From the NCBI RefSeq assembly GCF_009914755.1, contig NC_060940.1: a stretch of 64,000 nucleotides of DNA; one strand, written 5' to 3'. The DNA is from the human T2T-CHM13v2.0 reference genome, Homo sapiens. The notes beneath the pieces are model-generated. The model ran no database searches. It was not told the DNA's origin and was given only the letters and a program-made list of their open reading frames with translations. How positions within the stretch are numbered: position 1 is the first letter of the stretch; each line of letters opens with the position of its first letter. Below are positions 14,225 to 27,182 of the stretch, piece after piece. The translations under genes and the position numbers were made by a program.

Positions 14225-14425
14225 CAGAAGCAGATGGACTGGTGTGAATCGTGAGCCTGTCATGTAGTTGCTATATAACCTTTCTAAGCCTCAGTTCCCT
14301 CATCCATTAAATGGGGGATAATAGTTGCCATATTGCTATCGCTATGTGGATTCAATGAGATGATATAAGAAAAGTTCTTAGCATAATGACTTGCACGGTC
14401 AGCACACACAGTACATACTAGCCAG
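14225..14425 (+). mobile_element. MIR
   Basis: ctaagcctcagttccctcatccattaaatgggggataatag core. Confidence 0.8.
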
Positions 14426-14667
14426 CATACTTATTTTTGGTGCCCTTAAACCTTGAAGTATTTTGACTCTGGGAGCCAGACTTCATCTCTTACTTTTCCT
14501 AATGTTATGCCCTTACTTGTCTCTCCCTACATATATTAGTCTCAATTGCTGTTTTTAGGGGATATTTATTTACGCCTTCATTTTATGTGTGTGTGTGTGT
14601 TTCATTATATACGTATTTCATTATATACAAATTATATTATATTTTATAATATATATATATTTCTGTA

Positions 14668-15210
14668 ACAAATATGTGAGCTTCTTCTATGTGCAAGGCA
14701 ACATCCTGGGTTTGGAGGATACATAGATAATAGACCAAATTTGCAAATAATAGAAATATGCCTATCAGGAAAGAGGGAATGCAGAGGGTAATTGAATCAC
14801 AGAGTGGGATAATTCCACTCAACCTTGAGGAGAAAGGAATGCTTTCCTAGTGCAGAAATAGCTGAGCCAAGTCTTGAGCAAGGAGTAGAAATTACCTAAG
14901 TGAAAAAAAGTGAGGTTTTTTGGTGCAAACCAAAGACCACAAACTTTGGGATCCCTGAAATGTAGAATAGAGTTGGAGAGCATGGGGGGACAGGAGCACA
15001 GGGATCAGGAAATAAAAGTGGATTATAAGCCAGAGCTAGATCACAAAAGATCCCGAATGCCAGGCTACAATATTTTTAAACTTAATCCTAAGGGCATGGG
15101 GAAGCTCTGAAGGATTCAAGTGAAGAAATGACTTGATCAGACTGGGGAAAAGAGCGTGGAATATATTAAGGCTGTGAATTGGAAGACTGGTGGTTCTATT
15201 GATAGATTCA
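14668..15210 (-). mobile_element. L2 3' region
   Basis: aacaaatatgtgagcttcttctatgtgcaaggca; cttaatcctaagggcatggggaagctctgaaggattcaag. Confidence 0.7.
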
Positions 15211-15593
15211 CAGCCAGAAACAAAAGAGTGGAACATTTTTCTTTACTTCATACCCTTTCACTCCACCACTCCCATGAGTCTCCTGAGGAGGCAGAACACA
15301 TGGGGAACAGTGGGACAATGGATCTCAGGTTTATCAATACTTTGTCAGTAGCAGCACAGGGGCCCTAATCTCCATGATAAAGACAGGTTTAGAGCATGAG
15401 TCCACCACTCCAGGCGTGAGCGAGTCCTATGACTCTCCCTGGCTCTGTGGGTTCAAGAAGAAGGAAGTGTCATATGTTGTCCAACCCGTTCTCATGGGCT
15501 GAACTTTGGCAGGATGCAAGAAAAAGAGGACGCAGCCTGGATACAGAGACGCCAGCCTCATCCCCTAGTGGAGTGAAGCCCATTGTCTGTCTT

Positions 15594-15888
15594 GGATGCG
15601 GAGGTTGGGTGTCCTTCCAAGGGGCTAATGCAAAGTGAGGGAGATCTAATTGCTTCTTATCTTTTTACTGTGTGATCACTCTCCTGCCCTGCCCTGAACC
15701 CCATCTCAATTTGCCAAGGAAATTCACTTTGCAGAATGTGTGTTTCTGAAAATACTTGGCCTTATCTATTTTTCTACAGAGAATCCTAATGGTATTCCTT
15801 AGGAAGAGTTTAGGTATCTAAAGTTATGCGAGGGCGGAGGATGTCTTTAAGTGTGTTTGCATTTGCTTGCATAAAGGCAACACATTGA
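15594..15888 (+). repeat. Dispersed direct repeat, copy 1 (partner 19402-19692)
   Basis: Manual alignment: ~33 substitutions and one 4-nt indel over ~291 bp (~89%). Confidence 0.95.
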
Positions 15889-17148
15889 CAAACAAAACAT
15901 TCTTCCATGTTTAAAGGGCTTGGAGGTGGGAGCAGAGATGGGGTGGTAGGCAGAGACAGGCTTGGAGTGTGGAGAAGGGAGTCTGTTTCTCCTCCTATGG
16001 AATGCAGCTGACTATAGAAGTAATGGGCTTTTGGAAAGGTTAGCATTGCTCCTTACAGAAGCCACAGACTCGCCTTGCTATGCACCATCCCCATCTCTCC
16101 CCGCCAAATGTCTTCCAGACTTTTCCTGTACAATCCAGGAAGCACCAGAAAAGAGAGACATCACAGCTTCCACAAGCAATACAAAATTAACCTGCTTTTC
16201 AGTCAAGGGAGAATGAACCTCCAAACAAACAAACAAAAAAGCCCTGGGGTTGGGGAGGAATTTTCAAATATATATGCATCCCCTTCCCTCCACTGAAGAT
16301 TTTTCTGTCATTTACATGAACTAAACAGGGTCCACCTGCCTTGGATGCTCACCACCTGCTTTTGTGTCCAATCGGGCACCGGATCCAAGTCTTTCTCCAA
16401 AGCCCGCTCCCCACCTTTGTTTTTTTTATATACCTCTTTAAAAAAAATACCCTTTGAGTATGGTTATTTTATCTGGGGTCAGTGCTCAGTCAACTGTTAA
16501 ATAAATTGCAAATTCTACAAAACACAGCCAGCAGAGCCATTTCTAACTGTAATGCCACAACTTTGAGCAAAATTACATCTGGCCACAATACTATTCATAT
16601 GCATAAATTATACCGCCTCTGATTATCTTAAAGTAAATTCAGCCATTAAACTTATTTTATAGGCACAGAACCAGGGGGAGCACCAGGAAGACTCTGCATC
16701 TCCTAAAAGTCACGGGGAAAGCAGAAAGAAACAAAAACATAATTGGCAAACCTTATCCGCCTACAGTTCTGTCTAATGGGCTCTGTCTCTCCTGATTTTC
16801 CATCACCACCCACCACTGTCATACACGCCACAGCAGGGGAAAGGAGAAGGGGATGGCACTAAGCTGCATGTGGTTAGGACAGATTAAGGATGCATTCTAG
16901 CTCTGCACGTGTCCCCAGAGGGGAAAGGCTCTCTGGGTGTACCTCAATGGGAAATTCAGATTTAGTGCAGACATAAATCTAAACCTTGCCCAGGAGAATG
17001 GACAAGATGGTTTCTGAGGCTGATGTAGAATCTATTTGCAGTATTAGTCCAAAATGTGTCCTAGCTTATGCTATGGAATTGCCTTTCTCAGCTACATCAT
17101 TTTAATCATAACAGGAAAAATAAGAGTAATCGGTAAATGCTTACCGAT

Positions 17149-17205
17149 TGGGTTACATGTGGCACATAAGCAATTGGTGATTGCTTATGTGCCACATGTA
17201 TCCCA
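17149..17205. repeat. Near-perfect inverted repeat (21-bp perfect stem, 5-nt loop; 26 bp with one mismatch)
   Basis: tacatgtggcacataagcaat-tggtg-attgcttatgtgccacatgta. Confidence 0.95.
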
Positions 17206-17244
17206 TTCAACCAAAAGAATAACCCCAATGAAGTGGGAATTTCT

Positions 17245-17866
17245 TTATTTTATTTCACACTAAGTTCCAGGATATAAGGGCAGGACACGTAGGTTTGTTA
17301 CATAGGTATACGTGTGCCATGGTGGTTAGCTGCACCTATCAACCTGTCATCTAGGTTTTGAGGCCCACATACATTAGCTATTTGTCTTATGCTCTCCTTC
17401 TCCTCGCTCCCCCATCCCCTGACTGGCCCCACTGTGTGTTTTTCCCCTCCCTCTGACCATGTGTTCTTATTGTTCAACTCCCACTTATGAGTGAGAACAA
17501 GAGGTGTTTGGTTTTCTGTTCCTGTGTTAGTTTGCTGAGGATGATGGCTTCTGGCTTCATCCATGTTCCTGCAAAGAACATGATCTCATTCCTTGTTATG
17601 GCTGCATGGTATTCTCCGGTGTATATGTACCACATTTTCTTTATCCAGCCTATCATTGATGGGCATTTGGGTTGGTGCCATGTCTTTGCTATGGTAAATA
17701 GTGCTGCAATAAACATACATATGCATGTGTCTTTATAGTAGAATGATTTATAGTCCTTTGGGTATATACCCAGTAATGGGATTGCTAGGTCAAATGGTAT
17801 TTCTGGTTCTAGATCTTTGAGGAATCACCATGCTGTCTTCCACAATGGTTGAACTAATTTACATTC
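17245..17866 (-). mobile_element. L1PA (about PA7-PA10) 3' fragment
   Basis: L1 3' UTR and ORF2 C-terminus (MFIAALFTIAKTWHQPKCPS); TSD tga(a/g)gtgggaatttct at 17229-17244 and 17867-17882. Confidence 0.93.
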
Positions 17867-18529
17867 TGAGGTGGGAATTTCTATCATACATCTCTTCTAC
17901 ATGAGGAAACTGAGGAGCAGAGAAATTAAGTTACTTTCTCAAGCACACAGATTTAGGAAATGGTAAAACTGGGACTGGAACCCAGACAGTCTGACTCTAG
18001 AGCTTGTGATCTTAACCACCATGTTGCTCTTCCATCTGGATTATTAAGGTGTTAGAGTTCTGAGCTGTCAGCAGAGGTCATCATTTAACCATGAACCTCA
18101 ATCATTGATATTTTTTTTTCTGGGATTTGAGATTGAGTTAGGGGTAGACAGCTGAACTTGGAAATCGGATTATTTTTTCTCGGTATTTGAAGTAGGACAC
18201 CTTCCCCTAGGTAGTTGGCAGTGGGTGCCACTTTGAGACAATCACAATGGGTCATGTTAATGGAGCAGAAACAGAGATGGTTAATCACCCAGGAAGGGAG
18301 AATAAAGTAGATGAAATCGATAAAAAATGATGATAGTAGAAAGAGATTGTGATTCAGCACCTTGGTTCCAGCATAGCTTTTCCCAGAGTCAATAAGTTCT
18401 TACTAAAACATGGCAGCACTTGCTGTCCTTTAATTCTGTGCACAGAAGACCCTTAATCATCATAATTTGTGACAATGTTTGTTTACTGGAGCTCACTCAG
18501 TGGGTTTTGTACAATCAAATCAAGCCTAA

Positions 18530-18750
18530 GTTCTTGCTATGTACCAGGCACTGTGCTTGATGGCACTGTATTTGATGGCATTAGTTCATGTAACCCTCAG
18601 GAACCCTACAAAGGTGTATCTTGTCATTGTCCCCATTTCTAAGATGAGGAAGTTCAGCTGGATAAAGTAACTCACCTAAAGTGCTACAGTGGCAAAGCCT
18701 AAATTTGAAGCCAAGCAGAGAGGCGCCAAAGCCTGTGCCTTAAACCCCGT
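18530..18750 (-). mobile_element. MIR
   Basis: tatgtaccaggcactgtgc...gtccccatttctaagatgagga...aagtaactcacctaaag. Confidence 0.75.
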
Positions 18751-19401
18751 ACTTCTCCCTACCTGCCATTTGCCCCTCTCTCTGGTCTCTGCTGTGCAGA
18801 AGAAAAGGTAGTCCTTAGTCCTTATTTTATACCTGTCAGTTGCCTCACCCAATGCACCCCTCTACCCTCTGCCACCCACCTTCCTCTGCCTCTGTCTCTC
18901 TCCCACTCTTCAAGAATATTAAAGATGATAAATCTAAGTTGAAAACATGCATTTTTTGTGTGAGACTGTAGACTTTATCCCTTTTTGTGGAGACAGACAC
19001 GACAATTTATAAACTCTAACGGAGCTCTGATGGAATGGAAAGAGGCCTTTTCAACCCACCTCGTGGTGGACAGCTTATCACCCCTTTTTCTGACCTCTAG
19101 TATGTGATTTAGGAGAAAATAGAGTCAGGAGGGGGGAGCCCTCTAGTGAGTGATTAGAAAAACTCTCCCACAAATTCTGTAAGCAGTGGATTAGATCCTA
19201 TCAGCCCTCATCTGCCCCTCCCCATGCTTCACTCCAGGTAGTGCGTCCTGGGTGAGGGAAGGCTAAGACTGTCAATTTGTTAGTTGAAAACAGTTTGAAA
19301 ATCCATTTCTCCCTGTGAAATGTGTCAGCCACAGAGAATTATCTTTTTCCTTTGACGTTGCTTTATGTATGTCCTTTAAGATAACAATGAAAAAGGCTCC
19401 A

Positions 19402-19692
19402 GGAGGCGGAGGTTGGGTGTTCTTCCAAGGTGCTAATGCAAAGTGAGGAAGAACTGTTTCTTATTTTTTCACTGCTTGATCACTCTCCTGCCCTGCCCTG
19501 AACCCCATCCCAATTTGCCAATGGGATTCACTTTACAGAATGAGTGTTTCTGAAAATACTTGGCCTTATTTATTTTTCTACAAACATTCCTAATGGTATT
19601 CCTCAGGAAGGGTTTAGGTATCTGAAGTTATGCCAGAGTGGAGGATGTCTTTAAGGGTGTTTGCATTGGCTTGCACGAAGGGAATGCATTGA
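19402..19692 (+). repeat. Dispersed direct repeat, copy 2 (partner 15594-15888)
   Basis: Shared blocks such as tgatcactctcctgccctgccctgaaccccatc and gtgtttctgaaaatacttggccttat. Confidence 0.95.
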
Positions 19693-20466
19693 GATACTCC
19701 CCATAGCTTAATACTCAACAAATAACAACAATAATAACTCTATGGGCCGGACACAGTCCTGGCTGTTTCACATCTATCGCCTCTCAATTGAAACCTCTTC
19801 ACCAGGGTGTGGGTATCATCTCTGTCCTGGAAGAAACACTGGAGCCAATAAGCCAGTCATGAATGGACACTCAGTCTAGTGGCTGATAAATGCCGTGTCT
19901 CTACTTTTCTGTCAAAGCTCCTTTGAGTCCTTAGGAAATCAGTCTGCAAGGGGTATCCCATTTGCCCCTTTCTTTTTCCCCCTTCTTCTATCTCCAGGCC
20001 AAGATACTGACTACTTCACTATCATATCCCAAGAGATCAAAGCTGGGGAGGGCTTTATTCCAAGGAGGTGGTTCTTGTTAGAAATGGAGCTTCTCAAAGT
20101 CATCTGTGGGAGTATGGTTGGGTCTTTCAGATTCTTCACAGGCGAGATGCTATTAGCAAACAAAGTTTCATCTTTTTAGAGCTAACCACCTCTCATAACT
20201 TGGCTTCATGCATTATAATGCTAAAAGATCTTTCCTCCTCCCCACCAATTTGTCAGGAATAAAGCAATTTTGTGTGTATATATGATTAGGTGCCATTTGT
20301 ATCCCCCTTGTTTGCAGAGGAGGAAACTGCAGCTCAGATAGGTTAGAGGAGTTGTCCCCCAGGCTATTAGACTCCAAAGTACAGCACCTAGCAACATATT
20401 CATTTATTCCACACACATTAAGTACCTACTATCTACTGTCCTTTGTGTCTGGGATACAATGGATAG

Positions 20467-20768
<302 letters not shown>

Positions 20769-20868
20769 CAGTGGATAGTTTTTAAATGGTCCTAATTCTC
20801 AAAGTGCCTGCAGATGAATAGAAGGCTCGAGTAACCACAGAACAATTGATCTTAAAAGTCTATTGAAT

Positions 20869-21160
20869 GGGCAGGGCACAGTGGCTCACCCCTGTAATCC
20901 GAGAACTTTGGGAGGTTGAGGTGGGTGGATCACCTGAGGTCAGGAGTTCGAGACCAGCCTGACCACCATGGTGAAACCCCATCTCTAGTAAAAAATACAA
21001 ATTTAGCGGGGCATGGTGGTGCATGCCAGTAATCTCAGCTACTCGGGAGGCTGAGGCAGAAGAATCGCTTGAACCCCAGAGGCGAAGCTTCTAATGAGCT
21101 GCAATGGCGCCATGGCACTCAAGCCTGGGCAACAAGAGTAAAACTCTGTCTCAAAAAAAA
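20869..21160 (+). mobile_element. AluSp-like
   Basis: caacaagagtaaaactc; 15-bp TSD aaaagtctattgaat at 20854-20868 and 21161-21175. Confidence 0.93.
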
Positions 21161-22132
21161 AAAAGTCTATTGAATAAAGAATGAATGGATGAGCAAATTC
21201 TATGATAGGAGTGTGTTGGAGGTGCACTGAGAGCAAAGAGAGAGGAGTATAGCACTGACCATATAGCCAGGATCAGTAAATGCTGTTCTCTTTTCTCCCT
21301 CCCACCTCCCCATTTAATGAATAAGGCTTGAATGACTTGCGCAAGGTCACAGGTGTACTGAGTGACTTTCCCACCACCCTGGGGCTCTTTCCTGTGTTTA
21401 CCACTCCGTCTTCCCAGTCTTGAAAAAGCTTTAGGGCCTTTGCTTCCAAACTGATGATAAAGAAGAGCCCACACTAATCCCAGGGAACAATTTCTATTGA
21501 CAGAGAGTTCGCCTTATAACCAGAGGAGTCAAGGAAATAAATTAAAAAGCAAAGACACCACTTAAGAAAATGGTGAGATCAGCCAGGCTGATCAGAGCAG
21601 CAGTGATATGATGAGTGGTGTCAGTTCAGCACTGTGAGAGCAAGAGGGGCCTTGAAATCTGCAGATAACAGCACAGGACGAGGCCTTTCTAGCAGCAGTG
21701 GGGAATACCAGGCCAGCCAAAGCCTAAGGCGTGCAAGGTGGTAGAGAAGAGGGACCCGCAGCTGTACGGAATCCACCTGCATCTCCCAAGCGCTTTTTCC
21801 TGCTGCTGCAGGTAGGAATAGAGCGGCCAGGAATTCAGAGTATTGACTCTACTCCCAGCCTCAAATCTGTCCTCTCTGCCCCTCTCCCTGGTGTCTTGTA
21901 AGTACTGAATAGAGCAAGTGACCCCAAAAGGCCAAAGGCCCACTCTTTTTCTTTATTCCATTCAGTCCCATACTGGATACCCACCACTCCTGATAGTATC
22001 CATAAACACAGATATCATTCTCTGGGACCATATCAACAGCATCCAAACTGGTCTTCCTGCTCCTACATCTACCCTTCCGCAAAGAACTTCACATGGAGAA
22101 ACTATTTCCAGAATCATCTTTTTAAAACCCTC

Positions 22133-22510
22133 TGTATTAGTCTGTTTTCACACTGCTATAAAGAATACTACCTGAGACTGTAATTATAAAGGAAAGAGGT
22201 TTAATTGACTCACAGTTCTGCAGGCTTAACAGGAAGCATGGCTAGGGGGCCTCAGGAAACTTACAATCATGGCAGAAAGTGAAGGGGAAGCAGGCATCTT
22301 CTTAAATGGCGACAGGCAGGCAAGCAAGAGAGTGAAGGAGGAAGCGCCAGACACTTATCAAACAACCAGATCTCATTAGACTCACTCACCATCATGAGAA
22401 CAGCATGGGGAAACTGACTCCATGATCCAATTACTTTCCAACAGGTCCCTCCCACAACACGTGGGGATTACAGTTCAAGATGAGATGTGGGTGGGGACAC
22501 AGAACCAAAC
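22133..22510 (-). mobile_element. MSTA-like MaLR solo LTR
   Basis: tgtattagtctgttttcacactgctataaag...aggcttaacaggaagcatggc...ggggacacagaaccaaac. Confidence 0.9.
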
Positions 22511-22798
22511 TATACTAGTCCATTTTCATACTGCTAATAAAGACATACCCGAGACTGGGTAATTTATTTTAATGGATTCACAGTTCCACGTGGCTGAGGA
22601 GGCTTCATAATGATGATAGAAGACAAGGAGGACCAAGTCACGTCTTACACAGTGGCAGGGAAGAGAGAGCTTGTGCAGGGGAACTCCCGCCCCCATGATT
22701 CAATTACCGTCCACTGGGTCCCTCTCATGACAGGTGGGAATTGTGGGAGCTACAATTCAAGATGAGATCTGGGTGGGGACACAGACGCAGACTATACA
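22511..22798 (-). mobile_element. THE1B-like LTR with internal deletion, abutting the MSTA
   Basis: ctgctaataaagacatacccgagactggg...gagcttgtgcaggggaactccc; ccctc TSD at 22128-22132 and 22799-22803 brackets both LTRs. Confidence 0.88.
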
Positions 22799-23950
22799 CC
22801 CTCCCTATTTAGAATCCTTCCTGGCTCCCCATGGACCTCTGGGTAACCCCTAGTCCTTTACCACAGGCCTATCCTTCATATTCCTCTACCTACCTCTCCA
22901 GACTCATCTCTTCCCTCTTTCTCTCCTGAAGTTTAAACCCTAGGCCCAACTTAACCTCGTTTAGTTCCCCTAACTTTTCCATCTGTTTGGAACAATCATC
23001 CAAACCCTCTGATTCCCTCTACACCCCCAAACTGAGCCCACACACTTACAAATCTCATTTCCCTGCTGACTCCTACTCACCCTTATGGTATCAGCAATTA
23101 AATGTCACCTCCTTCAAGGAGGACTCCCTACATTCCCATCCAGCCCTCAACCTGGATGAATTGCACCTCCTGGGAGCTCCCAAGGCACTCTGCATTTATT
23201 TCAGTTAAAGTATTCAGCAAAGTGCAACATCATTAGTAGTTGACTCATGTCTCCGCCAACTAAAGGGCAGGAACAAGGTGTCGCTCACCATTTTGTCTTA
23301 CCACATTCATTCACGATCATATATTTGCACAATAATTACTTAGCACTTACTATGCCAGAACCCCATTCTAGGTCTAAGGAATATAGAAGTAAGATAGACA
23401 CAGACTTAGTAGACCCTCAATAAGTACCTGTTGGGTCCCACTTTTTTTTTCTTTTTTAGAAAATATCTAGTGTAACCTCATTGTCCAGAAGGAAAAGCAG
23501 AAGCTCAGCAAATAGGACTCACAAGCTCAGATGTATGTGATGTGGCTGCCTCCAGAATCCAGGCCACCTGACCAAATCCAAAGGTTTCTCCGTAATGCAA
23601 AGCTCATCCATATCTCCAAAGACCAGACCAACACTGAGCTCCCTCTAAAACAGTGGTGGGAGGTTCAGGGAGGTCTCACTGGCTGCAGTGACCTGATGTG
23701 ATTACTCCTCTGATTGTTCTAAGCATCTCCCACTGTGTGTTTCCACATCAGTGACTCCATGAGTGACCTTGAGCAAATCGCTTACCCCTGCTGTGTCCTG
23801 TTGTTTCATCAACAGAGCAAAGTCTCATGTGAAGATCAAAGGATGTCATGACTGGAAAATCTACTGAAAAGAGTGAAAGGGATTCATGCTTTCTGAATCC
23901 ACTTGGGCAGCTCCCACTGATTTAAACAAGGATATACAATAGGCAAATTA

Positions 23951-24560
<610 letters not shown>

Positions 24561-24909
24561 TTGTCCAATCATTCCTTCATTCAATATTTATCTACCACTT
24601 ACTGTGTATCAAAAACTGTTCTAGGTATGAGGAAAAGAGAGGTGAGCAAGACAGCCATAGCTCTACTCAGCAACTTATAATCTACTGAAGAGAAAAAATA
24701 CCACATAATTAACTCCACAAAATAGTATAAATTAAAATTCTGCTAGGTGACAAAAGAAAAATACAATCAGCTAGGAGAATGCAGAGTTGGATATACGATG
24801 GACTTGGAGAGATTGACAGGAGAAATAAAGTGCACCGTCCTTAAAATACTGCAGAAGTACAAATGTGTAAGAGACATCAATATGGGCAGGTAGGAAAGCG
24901 AAGGGAAAA

Positions 24910-25140
24910 TAAGAACTTTATTAGACACCTTCTACAAGGCAGGCACTGAGCTAAGCATATTGAAAAAGTATCTTATTTAACCCTCACCTCTATCCCATAA
25001 GGTGATATTATCATCATTTTCCAGATGAGTAAACTGAGGCTCACCCAATAAGCATTTTTTTTCCTATGGTCATATGTCCTGTATGTGGTAGAATCACAAT
25101 TTGGACCCAAGTCTGTTGTTTTTTTAATGCTTGCTGTATT
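24910..25140 (-). mobile_element. MIR
   Basis: aggcactgagctaagc...cattttccagatgagtaaactgaggctca. Confidence 0.8.
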
Positions 25141-26289
25141 CCAGTTTCTGCAGTTCAGAAACACAATAAAACTTACCTGAAAAATAACTAGGAGATCAGT
25201 CTGAATGGAGTAGACGATATTTATAGGAAATAGTAAAAATAATGGGGAATGCAATGCTTGGTGTCATACTGTGAAAGTCAGGCTAAGGGGTTTAAGTTTT
25301 TCTACACGTAATTGGGTGGGAATCATTAAAGGTTTTTGAAGATGAGTATCCGATAACCCCCATTCCACATCACAAAAGTATTGCAGAGATAGCCTGATGA
25401 CTAAACCCTAGAACTTAGCTTTATCCCCAAAGTATACGTGGAACCAATTAAATAAGAAACTGAGAGCATATGGTTGGATTATGAGGATTCTAAAATAAAA
25501 TAAAAATTATTTTCCTCCTTTCAAACGGGGTACTGAACTCAGCCATTCGTTCCTAAATAAAGTACCTCCTGCTGATAGGTTTTGCAGACAAGGAAAAGGG
25601 AGCTTTGCACAGAATATCTGAAGAGGTGTTGATTAGTCTTGAACACTGGGCTCTGCAACCTCCCTGGCCAGTTATACATCACTATGGGAGACACAAAGCT
25701 TGCCTAAGGCTCTGAATGCTAGAGCTGCTTGTCAGAAATGCTTTGGCAAGATATATATGACTTTTCATTTGCAAGAGGTAAAGTGTGTGTATGTGTGCAT
25801 ATGTAATATGTTGGGGGAAGGATTTACAGTTCAGAATTCCAGGCTGGGAAACCGTGTGAATTTCTATGCGTAAATCTACCAGCTGTTTCACAGGAGTTGT
25901 TTCTTGGGGGATCAACAGGTGATTTTATTATGTTTTTGTCCTTTCAGAAGCCCTAGTCATCAGCCAAAAGTTAGTGTCCAACAAAGGATGGAGGTAAAGA
26001 GAGAACATGTAATGAGCATCAGCTCTATAAAAGGCTCTGTCCTTGGTATTTTGCATACATCCTTTAATTAAGTAAATCACCTTATGATGTGAGTGTTTAT
26101 TCACAAACAAAGTCTGTTTCTGGGATTCTGAGAAAGACAAGCCAGCTTCCCTGCTTTGGACAGGAACAAGGGCGGGTTGTGCCGATTGCTGCTGTCAGCC
26201 TTCTGTGGCTATGAACCAGCTTTGGGATGAGTGAAAGCTGAGCAAAGTGGAGAGGAAGAGAATCAGGGGTCTCCATGCCACGGGTCAGT

Positions 26290-26425
26290 GTCTTAATCAA
26301 CCAGCCCTATATCCTGGCCTTTCTTTTGATTTCCAGTTAAGTGAGATGATAAATGTATGTAACATGTAAGCCAGTTTGAGGTCATTTTCTGTTACTTGCA
26401 GCTGAAAGCATTCTTCTAATGTAAT
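26290..26425 (+). mobile_element. Old MLT1 (I/J/K-like) 3' end
   Basis: taagccagtttgaggtcattttctgttacttgcagctgaaagcatt. Confidence 0.65.
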
Positions 26426-26472
26426 AGATAAAAGGTGTGAAATTAACAGGAGACTTTCACCTTTATGAAAAC

Positions 26473-26705
26473 CAGAGCTTCTCAATCTTGGCACTATTGG
26501 CATTATGGGCTAGATATTTCTTTTTTTTTTTTGTTGGGGTGGGACCGGTGCTGTGATATGCATTGTAAGGTGTTCAATTGCATCCCTGACTTGTATCCCC
26601 TAGATGCCAGTGACACCCTCTCCCCTAGTTGTGATAACCAAATATGTCTCCATATATTGCTAAGTGTCCCTGAAGGATAAAATTGTCCCCCATGAAGAGC
26701 CACTG
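26473..26705 (-). mobile_element. MER20 hAT-Charlie
   Basis: cagagcttctcaatcttggcactattg...gagccactg; perfect 8-bp TSD atgaaaac. Confidence 0.92.
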
Positions 26706-26934
26706 ATGAAAACCAAACTTTTAGTCCTTCATTAGTTAGATAATTTTAAAGAGATAATGTTTTTAATCAACCAGGCACCAGCAAGCATCTGTAGGACACT
26801 CAGCCTGTGCTTAGTAAAGGCCAGTCACAAATGTTACTTGTATAATGATCCTTATAATCATCAAAGAAAGATGCACTATGTCACTCGAACCTAATTAAAT
26901 ATGCTTATGGGCTTGGAATTGTTTTACACATTGC

Positions 26935-27182
26935 AAGGCATTTGGTAAACTACAAAGCTCTTTGTAATAATAAGAGGGCATTATAAAATGTCAAATACTT
27001 TTAAGATGATAAAGTGGCTTATTCAAAGAAATGGGTAAGCCATAAAAGGCTGTGTAAACTGTTAAGTACTTTGGAAAGAGGACAGCATCTTTTAAACTAA
27101 TATAATAAGGTATATTGTAAACTGTGTTTGTAAACTATAAAGTGCTTTGTGAAACGGAAAGTACTTTGTAAATTACAAAGAA
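26935..27182. repeat. Degenerate ~19-bp tandem array (consensus about tttgtaaactataaagtgc)
   Basis: Units such as tttggtaaactacaaagctc, tgtgtaaactgttaagtac, tttgtaaactataaagtgc, tttgtgaaacggaaagtac, tttgtaaattacaaag. Confidence 0.65.

Larger units (their letters stand above)
17110..18025 (-). mobile_element. MIR split by L1PA; its left part is rearranged into hairpins
   Basis: catgaggaaactgagg...gactggaacccagacagtctgactctagagc on the right of the L1; MIR-like tail on the left. Confidence 0.75.
21960..23435 (+). mobile_element. L2, interrupted by the MSTA/THE1B composite
   Basis: aactggtcttcctgct...ccagaatcatctttttaaaac | ctccctatttagaatccttcctggctccccat...aaatgtcacctccttcaagga...ctcaataagtacctgttg. 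Confidence 0.7.

Noticed and set aside
18351-18372. REST/NRSE site
   Set aside because: Left half TTCAGCACC matches but the right half GGACAG is absent
15594-19692. Duplicated segments as the 5' and 3' LTRs of a provirus
   Set aside because: No TG...CA ends, PBS/PPT, TSD or gag/pol remnants; spacer contains MIRs far older than 89% identity implies
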